Position numbers and translations under genes: made by a program. The notes below the pieces were generated by a model. The model worked only from the letters and a program-made list of their open reading frames with translations. It was not told the origin of the DNA and did no database searches. A stretch of 23,020 bases of DNA from Promethearchaeota archaeon (GTDB lineage: Archaea; Asgardarchaeota; Lokiarchaeia; Sigyniarchaeales; Promethearchaeaceae). The stretch spans positions 1 to 23,020 of the forward strand of contig WJKO01000187.1 of the NCBI GenBank assembly GCA_014729055.1, in the 5' to 3' direction. Below are positions 7,370 through 14,461 of the stretch, piece after piece; the first letter of the stretch is position 1, and every line of letters starts with the position of its first letter.

Positions 7370-8620
7370 TCAAAATCGTTTTTTGAGAAACGTTGGTAAT
7401 ACAAATATCGTATTAAACCCCAAAAGGAAGAACCCTACATAAGTTGAAAGTGGATCGAACATATTGAGTCCCATATGTATTGCAATACCCAGTAATCCGG
7501 AGAATATCCATATAAAAATCCTGAATCCAATTAACGTCTTCAATTTTTTACTCGGTTTTTGTTGATATAACACAATTTCTGGCAATAACGACACGTTTAC
7601 CAGGCTTATAACGATCCAGACGATCCTTAAATTACTAAAGAATGCATTTAATGCACTTAATAATATAAATACAGACATAAGTAAAAGAATAATCCAGTTC
7701 AACAGCAGAATTTGCTTAACATGTACTTTTTTCTCTTGAAAATTTTGAATAAAACCACTATTCTTTTTTGAATATAAGAGTAAAATCAAATTGGTGCTCG
7801 CAAACGCCAGCCACAGCATATTCTCTGAAAGCGTATTTTCTGACTGAAATGGGATCAGAAATAACCAATATGCAAATAAATAGAAGATCCCCGCCGCTGG
7901 GAAAAATTCCATATTAAACAGATTGTTGTGAATCTTCTTATTTTCTTCAGTTTCTGGACTAAAATAAATAAGCATAGGAATCAGAATTGCCGTAAACACT
8001 AAATGATTTAATGGAAGTGCCCACGTAGCACCCCATTGGAATAGCATAAGAGCAGAGAAAATAATGGATCCTACATGTAGAGAATGGCTAAAATTCGTAT
8101 TGTCTTTTCTTGATGCATATAGGATTGTTATGATACTCGGCACAATTAATCCACCTGCAACAAGTATCCAAATTGAGGATAACATAATTGGTACTGTCTC
8201 TGTTCTCAACCAACCAGCACTTAACCCTCCATTCTGACCCGGAATGGTGATACCGGCATTTATCAATCTTCGAATATATAAATATAGGATCAATTCAACG
8301 GCTATTTCGATCGCAAGAAAAACGTATATTAGAAATTTCTTCAGCAGTAACGTAAATACATGAAATCTTGCAATACGTGGAATTAAAGGTACATAAAAAA
8401 GCATAATCACAATTGCAAGCACCAAGAAGCTGAGTATTAAAGGGTCGTTGAGATCAAAATCACTCCAGACTAATAAATTATTAAAAACCCAAGGAAGCAC
8501 GATTAATTGAAATAATATGAGTGCGTATAATATCCCACGTCCAAAGATGTCCGAAGAATCATTTCTATTCATATCAGTTGTTTTCTTAGATTCTGTCATT
8601 TTAGACCAACTCCATTTCAA
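7370..8620 (-). CDS. Polytopic integral membrane protein (about 11-12 TM helices by eye), unknown function
   Basis: Successive hydrophobic segments of about 20 aa run throughout. The start overlaps the upstream metallophosphoesterase gene by 20 nt. Confidence 0.6.
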   Translation of the reverse strand: MKWSWSKMTESKKTTDMNRNDSSDIFGRGILYALILFQLIVLPWVFNNLLVWSDFDLNDPLILSFLVLAIVIMLFYVPLIPRIARFHVFTLLLKKFLIYVFLAIEIAVELILYLYIRRLINAGITIPGQNGGLSAGWLRTETVPIMLSSIWILVAGGLIVPSIITILYASRKDNTNFSHSLHVGSIIFSALMLFQWGATWALPLNHLVFTAILIPMLIYFSPETEENKKIHNNLFNMEFFPAAGIFYLFAYWLFLIPFQSENTLSENMLWLAFASTNLILLLYSKKNSGFIQNFQEKKVHVKQILLLNWIILLLMSVFILLSALNAFFSNLRIVWIVISLVNVSLLPEIVLYQQKPSKKLKTLIGFRIFIWIFSGLLGIAIHMGLNMFDPLSTYVGFFLLGFNTIFVLPTFLKKRF

Positions 8621-10397
8621 ATGTTTTAATTGTAGGATGTTCTGAATCGAGGCGTTTGGGAACCTTAAATCTATATTCTCTGTATTCGTGAGTTGAATTT
8701 GATACGCTTACTCTTAAAAAGTAGTCTACACCCTCCGTGCCCATTGATGGTTTAGGCTGCCATGTTTGTCCTATCTGAAGTGGTAAAATAAATGGAACTC
8801 GAGCATTTGGAATTGATTCAGTTAAATTGTTAGTTATTGTATAATTGGCACCACCTGCTAAATTATATTCATCGAAACTAAACTCCGCTCCCAGATTCCA
8901 TATAGGTGTTGAATATGACGGATCTCGTAACCCATCTTCGTTCAAATCATAGGTATAGTTTGCTATTTTATTATCTGCTAAGGTAATTCGACGATATCCA
9001 AGATATCCTTGGTAATCATCCCAAACATGAGAATCTGTGAGTTTATATGGACGTGCATTTTTCGCCGCACTCGTTGTAATTATCATTTTCGTAACGTCAG
9101 TGTCGGGTGCTTCTATTCCGACGTTATCTGGTGTATGACACGCGTCATCAAAATATTCTATTTCCATTGTGGTTAGCGATGTCTTCATCAGATTTAGAAA
9201 GTTATTTAGGGCTTTATCACCATCCATAACCATATCATAATGATTATGTCCTTGAAGGACTGCTGTGCCACCATATTTCAACATAGCGTCCATAATAGAT
9301 GCAGAATAACCTTGGCTTTGTCGTCCCAACACATCTATTAGAGGAATATGACACGTTACAAATAATGGATTTTCCGGTGCATATTTTTTGATGCTTTGCG
9401 TTACCCAATTAACCGTCTGACCCTTTAACATTGTTGCCGTATTTATTTGTAAAAATCTAGCACCCATCCAATCAATGTTGCTATATATAGGCCCAAAATA
9501 ATAATCCCATAATCCCAAATTTGAATGATCATGATTGCCGTTAGCCATTATTATAGGAATCCCAAGATTTTTGTAATAATCATATGAACGAAGATATTCT
9601 ATCGGCCAATCATCAGGAGCATTCGTTATATCTCCTGTGCCGATAATAACATCTGGTGCCCAGATGGAAATCGATTCTGCTAATGCCTTCATCTTTAAGT
9701 AATTGCTCCATTCACCAGAGCTATCCGTAGCGGTATGTACATCCGTTATTTGTATCATTGAGAATTGGTCTGATATCTTTGCTGGTTCGGAAGGGGTTGC
9801 ATCATCTTCATGTGGAACATAAATTGCATTAGCTTCAGAAAGAACAAATGACCCAGTTTTCAGATTACCCAATATAGTTTCACCAATATGGGCTCCTGGT
9901 TCGGTAGATAAATCTGATACTGTTGTTAAATCAATATTGTATCCAACATAAAGGTCATATAAGCAAGCATCCACTTGTAGCGGAATTGACACCTTCATTT
10001 CGATTGCATTTCTAGAGAGAATGCTTGAATCACCGATCCCTATACTAACATACGGATTCGCGCATTTAGAAATTGATTTTATCTCTAATTCTATGAGAGA
10101 ACAATTATCGATCATAGAATGGCTGATAGCAACATCCCATTTCGATTTATCGAGCCAAGCATTTGGCACATTTACTTCAGCTGGATCGCTACCAATATAT
10201 ATAGATTCCGTATTCAATATAGGTGATGACGCTCCAGTTCCATCACTTGCCGAAAAACATAATGGTGTGCCTAATCGGGGTGATATTAAATAAGCTTTAG
10301 CCAGAAAAAAATTAATAGAAAGAACAGTAATGATCAGAGTAGAACAGCATACAATGCTAATCATAAAGCTGATCGCTTTTTTCGAATATTTACGCAT
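8601..10397 (-). CDS. Membrane-anchored (probably extracytoplasmic) calcineurin-like metallophosphoesterase with flanking beta-rich domains
   Basis: N-terminal signal/anchor (ISFMISIVCCSTLIITVLSINFFL). The metallophosphoesterase motifs appear in order: ITDVHT (DxH), GTGDITN (GD), ANGNHD (GNHD), CHIPL (H), GHNHYD (GHxH). Confidence 0.75.
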   Translation of the reverse strand: MRKYSKKAISFMISIVCCSTLIITVLSINFFLAKAYLISPRLGTPLCFSASDGTGASSPILNTESIYIGSDPAEVNVPNAWLDKSKWDVAISHSMIDNCSLIELEIKSISKCANPYVSIGIGDSSILSRNAIEMKVSIPLQVDACLYDLYVGYNIDLTTVSDLSTEPGAHIGETILGNLKTGSFVLSEANAIYVPHEDDATPSEPAKISDQFSMIQITDVHTATDSSGEWSNYLKMKALAESISIWAPDVIIGTGDITNAPDDWPIEYLRSYDYYKNLGIPIIMANGNHDHSNLGLWDYYFGPIYSNIDWMGARFLQINTATMLKGQTVNWVTQSIKKYAPENPLFVTCHIPLIDVLGRQSQGYSASIMDAMLKYGGTAVLQGHNHYDMVMDGDKALNNFLNLMKTSLTTMEIEYFDDACHTPDNVGIEAPDTDVTKMIITTSAAKNARPYKLTDSHVWDDYQGYLGYRRITLADNKIANYTYDLNEDGLRDPSYSTPIWNLGAEFSFDEYNLAGGANYTITNNLTESIPNARVPFILPLQIGQTWQPKPSMGTEGVDYFLRVSVSNSTHEYREYRFKVPKRLDSEHPTIKTFEMELV

Positions 10398-10469
10398 AAG
10401 AATTATATATTTATTCTCTATATTATATTCTCCCTATATATATCTTTGAAAATTACGTTGTTGTTAAGT

Positions 10470-11351
10470 TCAGTAATCTTTTAACTTAAGTTCTTCGAGA
10501 ATTTCATCTGGGATTTCGGGTTTTTCTTCCAATTGTATTGGATTCTCAATAAAGTCTATCATCTTCTCGGCAGAACGCTGTCCATAGAATCCATCAGCAA
10601 TTCTATCGTCCCAAGATACCACAAGATCCAATACATCTCGCACCACAATCTCGTTTTTTTCATTGACCACGGCTCGTTTTGTATACGAACTTATACTTAA
10701 AAATAACGACGCATTTCCCCATTCAAAAAGATGATGATGAGGTCCTAATGGCATGCCGACGCTACCCATGTTAGTAATAAAAGCACTACAATAAAGTGGA
10801 TCCGTTTCTATCATACTTGCGGGAGCAAGATTATGTTTGTCGAGAAACTTAAAAACCTCCACGGCAGCTCTGAGCAGGAAACCTGGCAATTTACCAAACA
10901 TATTAACGTCCTTATCTCCATGGTACTCCTCTGTCCTTGCTTGATTGAGTTCATCATATAACTTATCAGTTACCGTAAATATGGTTTCAAATGGAGAAAA
11001 CGACATCTTCACGGTAGATTCTTTTCCTCGGTCTTTATACTGTTTCTTTGCAACAAATGCAAAATTCAATTCATTCCTTTGATATAATTTCGTTCCTTCA
11101 CAGAATCTATTCAGTTGCGGTCTTAAAGCGAATGTCCTCACTACTGCGGTCAGTATTACATTAAACATAGTCACTTTCTTCTTCAGACGCGTTCTTAATT
11201 CTTCGACGTATTTAATGGTGTCGGTGACATCTACATGAAAAGGAATAAAAATCGTAGATTCCGTACGATTAGTCATCAAATAAGGTGATAAGCGTCTAAA
11301 TGCGGGTACCTTTTTCAGCAGTGTACCATCTGGTCTTTTAAATAAAGGCAT
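10470..11351 (-). CDS. Stand-alone 2-oxoacid dehydrogenase E2 catalytic-domain-like (CAT-fold) acyltransferase
   Basis: PQLNRF, the FITNMGSVG..GPHHHLFEWGNASLF block, and the C-terminal WDDRIADGFY resemble the E2/CAT-fold catalytic region (canonical DHRxxDG). No lipoyl or E3-binding domain is present. Confidence 0.55.
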   Translation of the reverse strand: MPLFKRPDGTLLKKVPAFRRLSPYLMTNRTESTIFIPFHVDVTDTIKYVEELRTRLKKKVTMFNVILTAVVRTFALRPQLNRFCEGTKLYQRNELNFAFVAKKQYKDRGKESTVKMSFSPFETIFTVTDKLYDELNQARTEEYHGDKDVNMFGKLPGFLLRAAVEVFKFLDKHNLAPASMIETDPLYCSAFITNMGSVGMPLGPHHHLFEWGNASLFLSISSYTKRAVVNEKNEIVVRDVLDLVVSWDDRIADGFYGQRSAEKMIDFIENPIQLEEKPEIPDEILEELKLKDY

Positions 11352-11411
11352 TTCATTTCACTTCTCCCATCTATCTTGTTAATTATATATCTCTGCATTG
11401 TTTGTTATATA

Positions 11412-11466
11412 ATTTATTGATGATGATTTATTGATGATGATTTATTGATTGAATTTATTGATGTTG
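11412..11466. repeat. Four head-to-tail copies of a 13-14 nt unit ATTTATTGATGATG, ending 8 nt before the HTH regulator ATG
   Basis: Copies at 11412..11425, 11426..11439, 11440..11452 (ATTTATTGATTGA) and 11453..11466 (ATTTATTGATGTTG). They lie in the divergent intergenic region between the acyltransferase and the regulator. Confidence 0.9.
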
Positions 11467-11473
11467 ATATTGT

Positions 11474-12166
11474 ATGAAAATTTTAAGATTACAACTTCCT
11501 CGAAAGCTTGTTGATATTTTTAACTTGTCTAATATGTTTAGCGATGTTGAAAGAATTGAAATCATAAATGCGTATCAATATGATAAGAAAAACTTCTTTG
11601 CAATGCAGAGAATTATGTTTGCCGAGGGTTTTCTTTCTAATATTGATGATATTAAACTCGGGGAATTAATGACGGAAAAGTTTGATGCAACCGATTTCGA
11701 GCTAATGGAACGACATAATAACACAATTCTATGCACAATGAAACAGAAACGTGAATCAGGATTCTGGAAAATACTTGAGCCAGGTCCATGGGCTTTTGTA
11801 TTTCCTATCATTGTTGATCAAACCTCAATATTAGCGACAATATTTACTAGTCAAGAATATGTGGACAGCTTGAAAAAGATATTACGTCAATTAGGGTTAA
11901 AAGCAGAGAGCTACGACGTCTTAGCTCAAAGTACAATTAGTGCATTAAATCAGATAGGTATGGCGAATATACCAGTTCCCGATTTCACAGAAAGACAAAT
12001 TGAAATCTCATCATTTGCTGCCCAAAACGGGTATTTCCAAACACCAAAAAATATTACAGCAAAGGATATAGCATCCAAATATAATATAAGTGTTTCAGCG
12101 GTCAATGAACATTTGCGTAAAGCCGAACATAAGGCAATGACATATTTCTTTGGCAAACAAAGATAA
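11474..12166 (+). CDS. HTH_10 (bacterio-opsin-activator-type) transcriptional regulator
   Basis: The C-terminal TERQIEISSFAAQNGYFQTPKNITAKDIASKYNISVSAVNEHLRKAEHKAMTYFF is the characteristic archaeal HTH_10 domain. The N-terminal part of about 165 aa is not assigned. Confidence 0.75.
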   Translation: MKILRLQLPRKLVDIFNLSNMFSDVERIEIINAYQYDKKNFFAMQRIMFAEGFLSNIDDIKLGELMTEKFDATDFELMERHNNTILCTMKQKRESGFWKILEPGPWAFVFPIIVDQTSILATIFTSQEYVDSLKKILRQLGLKAESYDVLAQSTISALNQIGMANIPVPDFTERQIEISSFAAQNGYFQTPKNITAKDIASKYNISVSAVNEHLRKAEHKAMTYFFGKQR

Positions 12167-12171
12167 AAAAA
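12165..12171 (-). terminator. T7 tract immediately 3' of the tRNA
   Basis: On the minus strand the tRNA discriminator base is followed by C and then TTTTTTT. The tract overlaps the TAA stop of the convergent regulator gene. Confidence 0.6.
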
Positions 12172-12172
12172 G

Positions 12173-12306
12173 TGGGAAATCGGGGCTTCGAACCCCGGAC
12201 CTCGGGTTGTCTTAGCGCTATCTGGGGCACCCAACAAACGGTTACATTTTTTACCCCATGATCGTCATATAAGACCCGCGCTATAACCAGGCTAAGCTAA
12301 TCTCCC
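12173..12306 (-). tRNA. Intron-containing tRNA, spliced anticodon UAU (tRNA-Ile candidate). Exons 12268..12306 and 12173..12208, 59-nt intron 12209..12267.
   Basis: Hand-folded cloverleaf: acceptor GGGAGAU/AUUUCCC, D stem GCU/AGC, anticodon stem CGGGU/ACCCG, variable loop AGGUC, T arm CGGGG-UUCGAAG-CCCCG, discriminator A, no encoded CCA. The intron sits at the canonical 37/38 position within a bulge-helix-bulge-like fold. Confidence 0.85.
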
Positions 12307-12598
12307 GATTATGATTGAGATAAATTATCTTAATTATGGATAAAATTAAAATTTTTTTAATCTTTTTGATTTTCATGTTTTATATAGATTAGCAAATAAA
12401 ATGTTTTATTGCCTATCGGCAACAAAAAAATATAAAGAACTTGGGTAAAATATTAAATAAAGTCGGATATTTGTAATGGAAAAGAATGGGAATAAGGAAA
12501 ACTATTTCACATTGCCATTTCAGTTTATATTTATGAAAATAGATAACATTTCAAATATCCAGTGAATTAGATAATTCAAACTATATGAGGATACTAAA

Positions 12599-13027
12599 AT
12601 GTCAGAGATGATTAATGATACGCTTCAGAATGTCTACAACAGGCTATCTCAAATGGGAAAAAATATTTCGGCGCTTCAGAGTAAGATTGAAGAGTTAAAT
12701 AAAAACTTAGATACTAGAGTCAATAAACTCTCCAATACAATAACATCTATGGCCGAAAACTCGAAAAAAGAGGGAGAAGCGTTTAAATTTATTCTGGACA
12801 ACATTGGAAAGAAATTCTTATCAGAAATAGAAAAGCTACAATCCGATATTGGTTTAAAAGATTTGACTGAATTAATTAACAAATTAAAAGAAATTGCGAA
12901 AGCGAGTGAAGAAACTCTTCAGCCCGAATATGTTAGCAGTATATTAGCCGAGGTTCTTGATGGTGTTAAAGGTTTAACTGGAACTCTTAAAGAAGGAGGA
13001 GAGGGTGGAGAGGAAGGAGAAGCTTGA
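12599..13027 (+). CDS. Coiled-coil/all-helical protein, 142 aa, with acidic Gly/Glu tail; paralog of 13118..13552
   Basis: GAGGA lies 8 nt upstream of the ATG. The sequence is heptad-like (ISALQSKIEELNKNLDTRVNKL) and the C-terminus is EGGEGGEEGEA. It aligns by eye with the downstream gene at shared NLD, NIG and IG...L..I.K.KE blocks. Confidence 0.65.
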   Translation: MSEMINDTLQNVYNRLSQMGKNISALQSKIEELNKNLDTRVNKLSNTITSMAENSKKEGEAFKFILDNIGKKFLSEIEKLQSDIGLKDLTELINKLKEIAKASEETLQPEYVSSILAEVLDGVKGLTGTLKEGGEGGEEGEA

Positions 13028-13060
13028 AAGAAACAGAATAAGTCTCTTCTTATTAAAAGA

Positions 13061-13096
13061 ATACATGTAAAAATACATGCAAAAATATATGCAAAA
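13061..13096. repeat. Three tandem 12-nt units ATACATGYAAAA between the two coiled-coil genes
   Basis: ATACATGTAAAA (13061..13072), ATACATGCAAAA (13073..13084) and ATATATGCAAAA (13085..13096), ending about 20 nt before the ATG at 13118. Confidence 0.9.
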
Positions 13097-13117
13097 ATAA
13101 ACTTAAGGTAGAAGAAT

Positions 13118-13552
13118 ATGGCTGCAAATCCGTTAGAAAATCAAATTGTACAACAATTAAATAATATTGTCCAATATATGGACGGCGTAAATGCTCAGAT
13201 CAATACTATGATAACAAACCTTGATAAAATGAGTAAACAATTCGCAGAAGGTATGGCATCCCTTAGCGAAAATATGCGCCTTATTATCGAAGTTATTAAA
13301 AAACAGCGCAGTAATATTGGGGAAACGCTTGACGAAATGTCCAATGATATTAATTCCAAAATAACCGAATTATGGGAAGAAAAAACACTGGAATCTATTG
13401 GTTCAGAGGAACTCGAAGCTATTTCAAAAATTAAGGAACTGAATGCGCTTGTATCTGAGAACTTATATATGCAACAACTAATGTCTGTAATCCAAAGCGT
13501 CAGAGAAATGGTTGGAAGAGCGTTAGCAATTAAAGCAAAGAAGCAGACATAA
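13118..13552 (+). CDS. Coiled-coil/all-helical protein, 144 aa, with basic tail; paralog of 12599..13027
   Basis: Similar length and matching blocks (VNAQINTMITNLDKM, SNIGETLDEM, ESIGSEELEAISKIKEL) relative to the upstream gene. AAGGT lies upstream of the ATG. Confidence 0.65.
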   Translation: MAANPLENQIVQQLNNIVQYMDGVNAQINTMITNLDKMSKQFAEGMASLSENMRLIIEVIKKQRSNIGETLDEMSNDINSKITELWEEKTLESIGSEELEAISKIKELNALVSENLYMQQLMSVIQSVREMVGRALAIKAKKQT

Positions 13553-13671
13553 AAATTTTCGATTATTTCATTTTCATTATTTTATATGCGTTAATTGTTT
13601 TCTAAATTCTCCTTAAACTTGCATTAAAACTGCATTAAAACTAAACAACAAGATAGAGTTTTTGATCTCAA

Positions 13672-14415
13672 ATGATTTGTGCAATTTATGTTGACTTTGA
13701 TGGGTGTCTTTCGGATGAATTACCTGGTGTATTCATGGATTTAGAAATTATTCAATATATCAGGAACATGAATGATAAAGCCCAAAAAGATGATGCCATT
13801 CCGTTTATTGCAATTAATTCTGGGAGACCTCAGCCTTTCATTGAGGCTCATGCCCAAACGATGGGAATAAATCATTTCTCCGTATTTGAGAACGGAGTTG
13901 GTATTTTTCGGTTTAGATCCAGTGAGATGGAAATGGTCATTGAGCCCAAAATCACACATGATATGATCCTCGGATTTAACGACTTAACTGAAAAAATATC
14001 TAAACGGTTTAAAGTTGAAAAACAACCTGGGAAAGAATATTCTCTGACCTTTCTTCTCCCGAAAAACCATCCAAAATTAATCGAAATTGAGAAATATGGA
14101 ATGGAAATAATAACAGAAAATAATCTTCCCCTCTATATTGAACGCGGATTAAATTTTATTAATATTAACATAAACGGAATTACGAAAGGTACGGGTTTAC
14201 GCCTCGCAGCAATAAATGAGGGACTAAACCTCGATGAGATTGCTATGATCGGTGATAGTGGTGGGGATTGGAATGCAATGAAACTTAGCGGTTTTAGTGC
14301 ATGTCCAAATAATGCACGGGAACAAATTAAGAAAAAGGTAGACTATGTCTCTCCTTATAACTTAAGCAAAGGCACAATAGATATAATCGAACAAATACTT
14401 GAGAAAAATAAATAA
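13672..14415 (+). CDS. HAD-superfamily hydrolase, subfamily IIB (Cof/sugar-phosphate phosphatase-like)
   Basis: Motif I is VDFDGCL (DxDG), motif II is INSGRP, and there is a conserved Lys (GITKGTG). Motif IV is GDSGGDWNAM (GDxxxD/N). A cap-sized insert lies between motifs II and III. Confidence 0.75.
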   Translation: MICAIYVDFDGCLSDELPGVFMDLEIIQYIRNMNDKAQKDDAIPFIAINSGRPQPFIEAHAQTMGINHFSVFENGVGIFRFRSSEMEMVIEPKITHDMILGFNDLTEKISKRFKVEKQPGKEYSLTFLLPKNHPKLIEIEKYGMEIITENNLPLYIERGLNFINININGITKGTGLRLAAINEGLNLDEIAMIGDSGGDWNAMKLSGFSACPNNAREQIKKKVDYVSPYNLSKGTIDIIEQILEKNK

Positions 14416-14432
14416 TTATGAAAATAAATGCA

Positions 14433-14458
14433 CTCGCTAGCGGCAGCGCTCGCTAGCG
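14433..14458. terminator. GC-rich element CTCGCTAGCG-GCAGCG-CTCGCTAGCG between convergent genes (possible bidirectional hairpin terminator)
   Basis: A 10-nt direct repeat whose core CGCTAGCG is self-complementary, so the two copies can form an 8-bp GC-rich stem with an 8-nt loop. It lies 18 nt after one stop codon and 4 nt before the other. Confidence 0.4.
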
Positions 14459-14461
14459 TCA

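Noticed and set aside
11412-11466. UGAUGA (C-box-like) sequences inside the 14-nt tandem repeats, as a possible C/D box sRNA; also considered as a mini CRISPR-like array
   Set aside because: No D box (CUGA) or terminal stem at an appropriate distance, and the base preceding UGAUGA is U rather than a purine. The repeats are contiguous with no spacers and far too short for CRISPR.
11950-12237. Minus-strand 95-aa ORF overlapping the regulator gene and the tRNA
   Set aside because: It runs through the tRNA 3' exon and intron and antisense to the HTH_10 domain. The tRNA and regulator explain the sequence.
12307-12598. Possible small ORF (27 aa from ATG 12476) or ncRNA in the 292-nt intergenic region next to the tRNA
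   Set aside because: No conserved motif, no convincing structure beyond a 5-bp hairpin (TTGCC/GGCAA), and no paralog. It most likely holds the promoter regions for the tRNA and the first coiled-coil gene.
12173-13672. The tRNA as an attachment site for an integrated element carrying the coiled-coil genes
   Set aside because: No integrase or recombinase gene, and no second copy of the tRNA 3' segment (CGGGGCTTCGAACCCC) anywhere in the window to mark an att duplication.
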